A stretch of DNA of 64,000 nucleotides from Candidatus Poribacteria bacterium (lineage in GTDB: Bacteria > Poribacteria > WGA-4E > WGA-3G): assembly GCA_965205025.1 (NCBI GenBank), contig CBDBFU010000026.1, positions 107,984 through 171,983 on the forward strand. Reading direction: 5' to 3'. The notes beneath the pieces are model-generated. The model had not been told where the DNA came from. It saw nothing but the letters and a program-made list of their open reading frames with translations, and searched no databases. Positions 31,744-40,393 of this stretch are shown here, piece after piece. Both the position numbers and the translations under genes were made by a program. Numbering within the stretch: the stretch's first letter is position 1; each line of letters starts with the position of its first letter.

Positions 31744-32574
31744 TTGACATCGAATAAAATTCACCCAACAGCGATTATTTCACCAAAAGCGGAATTAGGA
31801 GATGGTGTATCCATCGGACCTTATACTATAGTTGAAGACCATGTAGAAATAGGGGCAAATACAGTCGTCGGTCCGCATGTACAGATAGATAAATGGACGA
31901 TAATTGGTGAAGATTGCCAAGTTTTCTTTGGTGCTTCTCTCGGTAACCCACCAAAAGACCTAAAGTATAACGGTTGTCGGAGTTTTGTACGGATAGGGGA
32001 TCGTAATGTACTACGCGAATACGTCTCAATTTCTCGTGCAACTTTTGAGGATGAAGAAACTGTAATTGGTGATGATAATCTGTTAATGAATTGGGTAAAT
32101 ATCGCACATGATGCAATCATTGGAAACAGAACGATTATGGCAAATTTTGCTACGCTTGCAGGTCATGTAACCATTGAGGATGATGTTCGACTTGGGGCTT
32201 ATGCTGCGCTACACCAATTTGTCCGCGTTGGTAAAATGGCGATGGCAGGTGGGTGTTCTAAAATCGTTCAGGACATACCTCCGTTTGCCTTGTCTGCAGG
32301 ACAACCTGCGCGTGTACGCGATCTCAATCGTATAGGTATTAGGACATCCCAGATTAATCCGTTAGCCAAATTATCTTCTGAAACATTTGCACTTCTCAAA
32401 AAAGCCTTCCGTATCTTATTCCGTTCCGGTTTACCCTTAAAACATGCAGTAACAAGAGTCAGAGAGGAAGTAGAGATAGTTCCCGAGGTAGAATATCTTC
32501 TCAATTTTATCGAATCCTCTAAACGGGGTATCGGTTTCAGCCAACCAAATCGTCCTGTGAAAAGCGATGGGTGA
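31744..32574 (+). CDS. lpxA: UDP-N-acetylglucosamine O-acyltransferase
   Basis: IHPTAII, PKDLKY, NIAHD, LAGHV, HQFVRVG, SKRGI. Confidence 0.95.
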   Translation: MTSNKIHPTAIISPKAELGDGVSIGPYTIVEDHVEIGANTVVGPHVQIDKWTIIGEDCQVFFGASLGNPPKDLKYNGCRSFVRIGDRNVLREYVSISRATFEDEETVIGDDNLLMNWVNIAHDAIIGNRTIMANFATLAGHVTIEDDVRLGAYAALHQFVRVGKMAMAGGCSKIVQDIPPFALSAGQPARVRDLNRIGIRTSQINPLAKLSSETFALLKKAFRILFRSGLPLKHAVTRVREEVEIVPEVEYLLNFIESSKRGIGFSQPNRPVKSDG

Positions 32575-32603
32575 TTTGCTGCCCATATACACAGGAGAAA
32601 ATC

Positions 32604-33467
32604 ATGGATACCATTCACGACTATACACTCAAACAAAAAAAATATATGCCAGTCTTTCCAAAGGCAAGTGGTAAACCGACTCCCTATATTGAAGGTTATC
32701 CGTGTGAGGACGACGAACCGATGGCTGAAACCGATTTTCACGCTGAACAGATTATTACGTTATCTGACCAACTCAAGCGATACTTTGCAATCAACGAGCT
32801 GGTTCACATTGCTGTTGACAGTTTTATCTATTATAGCGAAGGCGACATAACAAAATGTGTTGCCCCTGATATCTACATCGTGTTCGGTGTTGATAAATAC
32901 CCGTTGCGCCGCAGTTTCTATACGTGGGCGGAGGGTGCAGCACCTGTTGCTGTATTTGAGTTTCTCTCTGATTCAACAGCACATCGGGATCGAGATAAAA
33001 AAGTTGGGTTATATCTAAATGATATAGGTGTTCAAGAATACTTTATCCATCAACCGGAACTGAAGAAACCTGCAGAGTTTCGCGGGTGGAAGCGAAGTCC
33101 ATCGGGTGACATCGTTGAGATTGAGCCGGATGCGGAAGGTGGCTTGTTCAGTGAAGCGTTAAATCTCTGGTTTCGGTGGAAGGACGATCACACAACGGAC
33201 GTAAGGCTTTTGCGTCCCTATCTACCTGACGGCACCCCGATAACAACATCTATGGAAGAAGCACGCCTTCGAGAACAGGAAAAACACCTACGAGAGCAGG
33301 AAAAACATCTCCGAGAGGAAGCCGAAGCAATGGCTGCAGCAGAAACTGAACGCAGACAGGAAGCGGAAATTATCGCAGCAAGAGAAGCAGAACGTAGGCG
33401 CGAAATGGAAATTGAGTTAGAAAAACTTCGTACTCAACTTGCAGACAGACAAAACGAAACATCATAA
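32604..33467 (+). CDS. Uma2 family (PD-(D/E)xK) endonuclease, copy 1
   Basis: EPMAE..H, VAPDIYIVFGV, VFEFLSDST...DRDKK..Y, GVQEYF; coiled-coil tail with two LREQEKH repeats. Confidence 0.88.
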   Translation: MDTIHDYTLKQKKYMPVFPKASGKPTPYIEGYPCEDDEPMAETDFHAEQIITLSDQLKRYFAINELVHIAVDSFIYYSEGDITKCVAPDIYIVFGVDKYPLRRSFYTWAEGAAPVAVFEFLSDSTAHRDRDKKVGLYLNDIGVQEYFIHQPELKKPAEFRGWKRSPSGDIVEIEPDAEGGLFSEALNLWFRWKDDHTTDVRLLRPYLPDGTPITTSMEEARLREQEKHLREQEKHLREEAEAMAAAETERRQEAEIIAAREAERRREMEIELEKLRTQLADRQNETS

Positions 33468-33580
33468 GAGAGAAAATTCCCAGCATACCAGTAGTTGAAT
33501 ATAATCCACTTTATAGATATTTTCAAACGTTGTATCAGTTTTAGCCATCCGAATCGTCCTGTGAAAAGCGATGGGTGATT
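33465..33580 (+). repeat. Degenerate duplicate of the lpxA 3' end (copy 2)
   Basis: AATCGTCCTGTGAAAAGCGATGGGTGATTT is identical to the lpxA end; upstream part reads REKIPSIPVVEY versus REEVEIVPEVEY. Confidence 0.8.
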
Positions 33581-33617
33581 TACTACCTATATACATAGGT
33601 ATACACAGGAGAAAATC

Positions 33618-34439
33618 ATGGATACCATTCACGACTTTGTACTCAAACAAAAAAAATATATGCCAGTCTTTCCAAAGGCAAGTGGAAAACAGACTACCTA
33701 TATTGAAGGTTATCCGTATGAGGACGATGAACCGATGGCAGCAACTGGATTTCATGGTATACAGATTACTACCTTTTATGACCAACTCTCACGATATTTT
33801 TCTATCAATGAACAGATATACATCGGCGTTGACAGTTTTATTTACTATTCTGAAGGTGACATCACAAAGTCTGTTGCTCCTGATATCTACGTTGTTTTCG
33901 GGGTTGCTAAAACCCCCGAACGCCGCAGTTTCTATACGTGGGCAGAAGGAACAGCACCTGTTGCTGTATTTGAGTTTCTCTCTGATTCAACAGCACATCG
34001 GGATCGAGATAAGAAAGTTGAATTGTATCTAAATGATATAGGTATTCAAGAATACTTTGTCCATCAACCGGAACTAAAGAAGTCTGCAGAGTTTCGCGGA
34101 TGGCAGCGAAGTCCTTCTGGTAACATTATTGAGATTAAGCCGGATGCGGAAGGTGGCTTGTTCAGTGAAGCGTTAAATCTATGGTTTCGGTGGAAGGATG
34201 ATCACACAACGGACGTAAGGCTTTTGCGTCCCTATCTACCTGACGGCACCCCGATAACAACATCTATGGAAGAAGCACGCCTCCGAGAGCAAGAAAAACA
34301 CCTACGACAGCAGGAAAAACACCTACGAGAGGAAGCCGAAGCGATGGCAGAAGCTGAAGCAGAACGCAGGCGCGAACTGGAAATTGAAATAGAACGACTT
34401 CGTACTCAACTCGCTAACGAACAAAACGAAACACCTTAA
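33618..34439 (+). CDS. Uma2 family endonuclease, copy 2
   Basis: Paralogue of copy 1 with long identical blocks and the same RBS context. Confidence 0.88.
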   Translation: MDTIHDFVLKQKKYMPVFPKASGKQTTYIEGYPYEDDEPMAATGFHGIQITTFYDQLSRYFSINEQIYIGVDSFIYYSEGDITKSVAPDIYVVFGVAKTPERRSFYTWAEGTAPVAVFEFLSDSTAHRDRDKKVELYLNDIGIQEYFVHQPELKKSAEFRGWQRSPSGNIIEIKPDAEGGLFSEALNLWFRWKDDHTTDVRLLRPYLPDGTPITTSMEEARLREQEKHLRQQEKHLREEAEAMAEAEAERRRELEIEIERLRTQLANEQNETP

Positions 34440-34557
34440 GAGAGAAAATTTTTAGCATACCCAAAAGTTGAAAATCTATTCCAGTTTATATAAGTCTTCA
34501 AATACTGTATCAGTTTTAGCCAACTGAATTGTTCTGTGAAAGACGTTGGGAAATTAT
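34437..34557 (+). repeat. Degenerate duplicate of the lpxA 3' end (copy 3)
   Basis: TAAGAGAGAAAATT...TGTATCAGTTTTAGCCAACTGAATTGTTCTGTGAAA parallels 33465-33570. Confidence 0.7.
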
Positions 34558-34601
34558 AACATTTAGATAGGATAGTTATTATAAAATATAGAAAGCTGTA
34601 G

Positions 34602-34703
34602 ATACTCACTGGTAATTGCACCGATCAGCAGAATGTCTTTAATTGGTGGATTGTTGAACATAATTCAGACATACCAAGATTGACAACTACCTATCCATTG
34701 TAA
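34602..34703 (+). pseudogene. Remnant of a DUF6883-like toxin gene
   Basis: Reads WIVEHNSDIPRLTTTYPL*, resembling the C-terminus of proteins that precede DUF4926; in-frame stop upstream. Confidence 0.55.
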
Positions 34704-34721
34704 ATTCCGGAGGAATCAACT

Positions 34722-35027
34722 GTGAAAACCAATTATTCTAATAATGCAGATCTAAGAAACTTGCCTGATTACCAACCAAGGCAAACAGATGTTAATCGAA
34801 TTGAACTATTTGATATTGTTGCACTCACACACGACTTGCCAGAACATAATCTATGGCGAGGTCAAGTCGGAACGGTAGTTGAAATACTTTCAAACGGCGA
34901 CGCGTTTGAAGTTGAATTTAGTGACCGAGATGGGCGCACCTACGAATCTCTTGGATTTCGACCTTCACAACTTATGGTACTTCATTACGAACCAATGCAG
35001 CAACCTCCAGCAGCTACCAGTGAATAA
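34722..35027 (+). CDS. DUF4926 domain protein
   Basis: LFDIVALTHDLPEHNLWRGQVGTVVEIL..AFEVEFSDRDGRTY; GGAGG RBS. Confidence 0.88.
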   Translation: MKTNYSNNADLRNLPDYQPRQTDVNRIELFDIVALTHDLPEHNLWRGQVGTVVEILSNGDAFEVEFSDRDGRTYESLGFRPSQLMVLHYEPMQQPPAATSE

Positions 35028-35249
35028 ACACAGAATGATGCGACGATGCACACTTAATGCTACGCATGAAAGTACACTTAAGGAGTATATCTATAAATAT
35101 ACCACAAAATATCTTATCTGGATTATTCCTATAATAATCCTTATCACAAGCGGTTGTTTTTCTTGTCCAATGGGTACCGAGCACAAACTAAGCATGTAAA
35201 TTTGGTTCAATTAGGGCACTGATAGGTAACATAGAAAATAATAGATAAT

Positions 35250-35357
35250 AGGAAGTTGAAATTATCGCAGCAATAGAAGCAGAACATAAGCGCGAACTGG
35301 AAAGTGAGTTAGAACAATCTCATACACAACTTACAGACAGGCAAAACGAAACACCTT
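35250..35357 (+). pseudogene. 3' fragment of a third Uma2 gene
   Basis: Aligns with 33358-33467 (GAAATTATCGCAGCAA...CAAAACGAAACA). Confidence 0.75.
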
Positions 35358-35422
35358 CCGTATGAATGTTACCACTTTCGTCGGTGGTAAGGAAGGATAG
35401 CATAAAATAAGATAATTCCATA

Positions 35423-35965
35423 ATGAGCCGATCCATAGCAATGACAGGATGTTTTTGTCCCAATTGTAAAGAATATGTTTTTTATAAAATGCGAAATGGT
35501 GATGATGTCTTATTTGACAACTTGAGCACCACACGCTTTATACGTCACATTTGTGGGAACGAAACAACTCTCCAGATGCAAGCGACTCAAATAATACCAA
35601 CAGAAGGAGAACCTACATGTGCAGCTGATTACAATAATCGCGGGATGTGGCAAGCAGAACGGGAATATTACGATATTGCTATTAGTGAATACAATATTGC
35701 GATCCGCCTTTCTCCTAATGATGCGACTCTCTATAATAATCGGGGTCGGGCAAAGGCAGCACTTTGTCGTCAGTATCCTGAGAGACCACTAGCTTACTAC
35801 TATCGTGGAAAGGCGAAAATTGAACTTGAGCAAATAGATGCAGCAAAAGAGGATTTATATACTGCATTGAAATTCGTATCGAATGTGGGTGATGATGTTA
35901 AACTCAAAAACAAAATTGAAATCAAAATTAAAAACGCCCTGCGCCTTATTAACACGCGAAATTAA
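35423..35965 (+). CDS. TPR-repeat protein with an N-terminal Cys/His motif, possibly internally deleted
   Basis: CPNC...HIC; YNNRG, AIRLSPNDATLYNNRG, AYYYRGKAK. Confidence 0.65.
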   Translation: MSRSIAMTGCFCPNCKEYVFYKMRNGDDVLFDNLSTTRFIRHICGNETTLQMQATQIIPTEGEPTCAADYNNRGMWQAEREYYDIAISEYNIAIRLSPNDATLYNNRGRAKAALCRQYPERPLAYYYRGKAKIELEQIDAAKEDLYTALKFVSNVGDDVKLKNKIEIKIKNALRLINTRN

Positions 35966-36105
35966 AGACTTACGGACAGTAGTAGGGATACCCTTACGTG
36001 CCGAAAACTTTGTCATCGTATTTAACACTGTTATTAAATTCGACATGATGCGGACACAGACCTTTAGCTGAAAAGAAAACGCGATTATTTTAGTAGGAAA
36101 ACATA

Positions 36106-36381
36106 GTGAGCGATTTAAAATGGTATGTAGAAAAACGTAAAATGAGGGATCCTGAATTTGCAGAAAATTATGAAAAAGGGTACTTAGAATTCAAACTTGG
36201 TGTCCTTCTCCGCCAAGCTCGGGAAGAGGCAGGATTAACACAAGAAGATATGGCACTAAAGTTGAATACCAAAAAATCTGCTATCTCAAAAATAGAAAAC
36301 CATGCAGAGAATGTTACGCTTTCAACTTTAAGAGAATATGCGGAAGTTGTCGGCAAGAAGATACATCTTTCGGTAGGATAA
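36106..36381 (+). CDS. XRE-family HTH antitoxin (HigA-like), toxin missing
   Basis: DPEFAENYE...[16 protein letters not shown]...SAISKIEN. Confidence 0.85.
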   Translation: MSDLKWYVEKRKMRDPEFAENYEKGYLEFKLGVLLRQAREEAGLTQEDMALKLNTKKSAISKIENHAENVTLSTLREYAEVVGKKIHLSVG

Positions 36382-36422
36382 TTAAGGATCAATTTGAACT
36401 GGACAAAGCAGGAGTACCAAAT

Positions 36423-37334
36423 ATGAACGGAGAATGTCTTAATCACCTAATAACAGAAGATGAAAGGGATCATTTTGAAAAACAAGGATACCTTTATATC
36501 CCAAATGCTCTTTCATCTGAGTTGAGAGAACGTCTATTAAATGCTGTGGATAAACTCTATGATGATGCACTTGCTACTGGTAGAGCCAATCCACAGAATC
36601 AATGGGGATACTCGAATTTTATTGGAAAAGATGACGCGTTTTTAGATCTTGTTGATCATCCAACAACATTACCGAAAGTGTGGGGGATACTGGGTTGGAA
36701 TATCTATCTCTATCATGCACATCTACATGTCAAACCTCCTGCCCCAGAAGATGCACAAGTGGGTGATGGATGGTTGGAATGGCATCAAGACAGTGGCCGT
36801 GTGAATATTGAAATGGAAACACACCCACGTCCACGCCTATCTATGAAGGTCGCATATTTCCTTACGGATGTTTCTGAACCGGGACGCGGTAATTTCTATA
36901 TCCGTCCGGGTAGCCACTATTCAGATGTACCTATACCAGAATCAGAAATCAGCCGTGACCCACGCGAAAAAACTTCTTCAGATATACCTGATGACGCTAT
37001 ACCCGTGTGTGTAGAACCTGGAACTGCTGTTCTGTTTGATAGAAGGCTCTGGCATTCCCGCAGTCCAAATACTTCAGATATTACCCGAAAGGCATTATTC
37101 TACGGATATGGATATAGATGGATTCGTCCCAAAGATGATATGGTAGTTGAACATTTGTATGAACGAAGTGATCCAATTCGGAGACAATTACTCGGGGATG
37201 CTGTGAAGAACAATGGACGATATGTTCCTTCAGATGACGATGTACCATTGCGTGGATGGTTGATTGAACAGTTTGGTGAGAATTCAGTGTATTCGCAAGC
37301 ACCCCTCGGTGGTTCGTCTAACCTTCAGGTATAA
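36423..37334 (+). CDS. Phytanoyl-CoA dioxygenase (PhyH) family protein
   Basis: FEKQGYL, WHQD, PGSH, LFDRRLWH..SPN...R. Confidence 0.9.
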   Translation: MNGECLNHLITEDERDHFEKQGYLYIPNALSSELRERLLNAVDKLYDDALATGRANPQNQWGYSNFIGKDDAFLDLVDHPTTLPKVWGILGWNIYLYHAHLHVKPPAPEDAQVGDGWLEWHQDSGRVNIEMETHPRPRLSMKVAYFLTDVSEPGRGNFYIRPGSHYSDVPIPESEISRDPREKTSSDIPDDAIPVCVEPGTAVLFDRRLWHSRSPNTSDITRKALFYGYGYRWIRPKDDMVVEHLYERSDPIRRQLLGDAVKNNGRYVPSDDDVPLRGWLIEQFGENSVYSQAPLGGSSNLQV

Positions 37335-38367
37335 GACAGACTTTTCCAAAATTCCTTCGCGATTCAAGTAATTGGTGTGCTTCTGCAGCTTGCTTTAAGG
37401 GAAGTGTTGAATCAATGATGGGAACCAATTTCTGTTGCTCAGCAAGGCGGACAAGTGTTCGGAGTTCGGAGGGTGTTCCTAATGCTGATCCCATAAGTGT
37501 GAGTTGTTTCTGATACATTTTACGGATGTTGATTTCTCCGATATTCCCTGTTGTTACGCCACATGACACAAGCCTTCCATTTTTTGCAAGACTGCTGATA
37601 CTTTTTTCCCATGTAGCAGCACCGACATGCTCTAACACAACATCCACTCCACGACCATTTGTCTCCTCAAGTATCACTTCAGAGAAGTCCACATCTTTGT
37701 AGTTAATGGTAACATCGGCACCATGTTGTTTTGCACGCTCTAATTTCTCATCCGTACTTGCAGTAGCGAAGATTCGGGCACCAACGAGTTTTGCTATCTG
37801 TAGACCAGCACTACCAACACTACCCCCAGAACCGAGTATCAATATATCATCACCAGCACTTAATTGTGCTCGTGTAATGAGCATATGCCATGCCGTTAGA
37901 TAAGCAATCGGTAATGCTGATGCTTCAGTAAAAGATAACGTATCTGCTATTGGAATAGCGTTTTTAGTAGGTGCTTTGACATACTCTGCATACCCACCGT
38001 TGGTTTGAAACCCTAATAATTCTTGGGTATCACACAAGTTTTCATATCCACCTAAACAATCAGAACATATACCGCATGGAATACATGGAGCGAGTAGAAT
38101 ACGATCTCCGATTTCGAGATGAGGATGGGTGCCAGAAATATCAGCAATTTCACCTGCAATGTCAGAACCGAGGATATGCGGTGTACCTGTCTCTTCAAGT
38201 TTCCGCTTTATCTCTGGTCTGTTGCGTCGCGCGTGGATATCAAGATAGTTAACAGAACATGCTTTAACTTTGATGAGGATTTCATCAGGACCAATGACAG
38301 GATCATCAATTTCTTGATACTGTAAAACGTCAATTTCACCCTGTTCTGTAAAAGCAATTGCTTTCAT
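37318..38367 (-). CDS. Zinc-binding dehydrogenase / quinone oxidoreductase family
   Basis: SVNYLD, PHILGSD, CxxCxxC-x7-C, GGYAEY, LTAWHML. Confidence 0.88.
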   Translation of the reverse strand: MKAIAFTEQGEIDVLQYQEIDDPVIGPDEILIKVKACSVNYLDIHARRNRPEIKRKLEETGTPHILGSDIAGEIADISGTHPHLEIGDRILLAPCIPCGICSDCLGGYENLCDTQELLGFQTNGGYAEYVKAPTKNAIPIADTLSFTEASALPIAYLTAWHMLITRAQLSAGDDILILGSGGSVGSAGLQIAKLVGARIFATASTDEKLERAKQHGADVTINYKDVDFSEVILEETNGRGVDVVLEHVGAATWEKSISSLAKNGRLVSCGVTTGNIGEINIRKMYQKQLTLMGSALGTPSELRTLVRLAEQQKLVPIIDSTLPLKQAAEAHQLLESRRNFGKVCLIPEG

Positions 38368-38371
38368 TGCA

Positions 38372-39049
38372 TTATTGTTCCGATGAATCAGAATAGGTAC
38401 GCCAGATTGAATCTGCCAGACGACTTCCCGCGCCAACTAACCGGGCTAAAACGCCAATCTGATCTCGACAAGTCACACTGTCAGTTGGTTCGGGATAATT
38501 AAGCAAGTGAGCGATTTCCCCCCAAATTTCCTCAAAAAGAGTTCTGACTTGTATCTCACAAGAAACAGGCGAATCTTCTCTGGGCTTAATCACGTAGTGA
38601 ATGCTGGTGTATAAACTTTCTCTTACCTCAACACTTAGTCCATGAGCAGCAAAGAAATCTTGTGATTCTGGGTCCCAGGTAAAGGCTTTAGGTCGTTCAT
38701 AAAGCACCCAATCTTGACTGTCCAATTTTTCATTTATTGCAGTGTGAATCTGTGTGAATTGCGTTTGAAATAGATGAAGCACTCGAGCTCCAGCGATGTC
38801 GGTTATCCGATCAAAGATATTCTCTGGTGTGATTGGGTCTTCAGTTGACGACTTACGGTGGACTTTTTCACGGAGAGGTTGCAAGTCTTTCATCCGACTT
38901 TTGACTGAATGAACGATTGGGGGCGATTGGGTTAGGTTTGGATGTGTTTCAAAGAAGCGAACTGTATTCTCACGAAAGAGATTTATACTGTGAAGTTCAC
39001 TTTGAACTCGTTCTATAATAGCCTCCATACTTGCCTCATCAACCATCAT
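38372..39049 (-). CDS. RelA/SpoT synthetase-domain protein (small alarmone synthetase-like)
   Basis: KSRMK..LREKVHRK, ITDIAGARV, YTSIHY, CEIQVRTLFEEIWGEIAH..NY; no hydrolase domain. Confidence 0.88.
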   Translation of the reverse strand: MMVDEASMEAIIERVQSELHSINLFRENTVRFFETHPNLTQSPPIVHSVKSRMKDLQPLREKVHRKSSTEDPITPENIFDRITDIAGARVLHLFQTQFTQIHTAINEKLDSQDWVLYERPKAFTWDPESQDFFAAHGLSVEVRESLYTSIHYVIKPREDSPVSCEIQVRTLFEEIWGEIAHLLNYPEPTDSVTCRDQIGVLARLVGAGSRLADSIWRTYSDSSEQ

Positions 39050-40151
39050 TAACCTCCAGTTGATCCAGGCGCGTTAAAAGGTCTTTAGCGAAAATATGGA
39101 AACCTATTTTTGTATTTTCATATAGTTGTCTATTGCCCGAAATTGTGCTCTTATCTTCCTTCTCCAAGTTTTCACAACTTGGGACTTCCCACATCGGCAT
39201 TCTGTATTTTTGAGCCATATTCGGACGTGTTGAATAGGAGTGCATAATAGCCGTTGCTCCGACAGGATCTTCTAATTGTTCGTTAGTTAGATGTTTTCTG
39301 TGGTCAGGGTCAATATATTCTTGAATTGTGGTAGGAATCTGTTTGGCATAGTTCTGATGTGCCTGAGATAAATCCCATTCCCCTGATCCGGCGTATCTCT
39401 TTGCATTGAAAATTGTGAATCCCAAAAAGCTGACGAAATTTTCAGGAAAATGGCTTAATTTTGCATCGGAGAGTAGGTTAAATATCGTATCAAAGTCGCG
39501 CTTCCAACTTTTAAGGGATTTACCGATATTTTGTATGCCGTAAAGCGAAAACATATCTGGCATACAAGGAATGAGAAATCCATCTACAGTGGATATGATG
39601 ACTTTATTAAGTATGCCAAGACTTGGTGATGTATCAATTACAACATAGTCATAGGAATAATTTTTTGCATAGACTTCGCAAAAATTTCGGATTTGTGTTA
39701 CAGTCCGAATTGCAAGTGGGTCCCCGCCATATACATCGTTCCATCGACTCGCAATTTTGTCTTCGTAAGTATGTATTGAAAGTCTGCCCGGAATCATTCC
39801 TAAATTATTGTGTAGTTTAAGAGGTTGTGCAAGATGTCTCGGTGTATCCGTTCCGTCTTCTGTTGGCTTTAAACTAAAATGAATAGAACGGACACCACAG
39901 ACGATCTCTTCAAACTCATCCTGGGATTTTTCATCACGTGCTTGAACAAAATCATCTATAAATGCCTCCTCAACCTGCCAGATGTTGTGTAATTCTTCTG
40001 GGTCCAATCCAAATAGTGTTAGATTCGATTGTGGGTCTAAATCAATAAGTAGTGTTTTATAACCTAACTCGGCAAGTGCGTACCCAAGATGATAGGTCAA
40101 AGTTGTTTTACCAACGCCTCCTTTATTGTTGAATACGGCGATTGACTTCAT
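39039..40151 (-). CDS. ParA/MinD-family ATPase (orphan, extended)
   Basis: FNNKGGVGKTT deviant Walker A, IDLDPQSNLT, DYVVIDTSPSLG; AAGGAGG RBS. Confidence 0.9.
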   Translation of the reverse strand: MKSIAVFNNKGGVGKTTLTYHLGYALAELGYKTLLIDLDPQSNLTLFGLDPEELHNIWQVEEAFIDDFVQARDEKSQDEFEEIVCGVRSIHFSLKPTEDGTDTPRHLAQPLKLHNNLGMIPGRLSIHTYEDKIASRWNDVYGGDPLAIRTVTQIRNFCEVYAKNYSYDYVVIDTSPSLGILNKVIISTVDGFLIPCMPDMFSLYGIQNIGKSLKSWKRDFDTIFNLLSDAKLSHFPENFVSFLGFTIFNAKRYAGSGEWDLSQAHQNYAKQIPTTIQEYIDPDHRKHLTNEQLEDPVGATAIMHSYSTRPNMAQKYRMPMWEVPSCENLEKEDKSTISGNRQLYENTKIGFHIFAKDLLTRLDQLEVNDG

Positions 40152-40393
40152 TTTTGTTTCCTCCTTTGTCAGTGCACCATGTATCATTGCTATCTGTAGA
40201 TTACACAGGTGTTTATTAAAATTGTTCCTGATAGAATTCCTTAACGTGAGTTGTATAATCAATAGGAATGTGTGAGAAAGAAGAATCTTAAGGTATAACA
40301 AAGTAAGCAGTCACTAAAGAGATTTTCATTATAACACTTTTATTGTATATAGACAAATTTTTTGCATCTATCATCTGAAATTGAATTAATCCA

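Noticed and set aside
33571-34032. 153-aa alternative-frame ORF, similar to 32668..32850
   Set aside because: The similarity only reflects the Uma2 duplication; these are shadow ORFs
34879-35199. 106-aa ORF overlapping DUF4926
   Set aside because: Alternative frame with no RBS or recognisable motif
39039-40151. Chromosome or plasmid partition locus (parABS)
   Set aside because: No parB or parS nearby, and the protein is extended and coupled to an RSH gene
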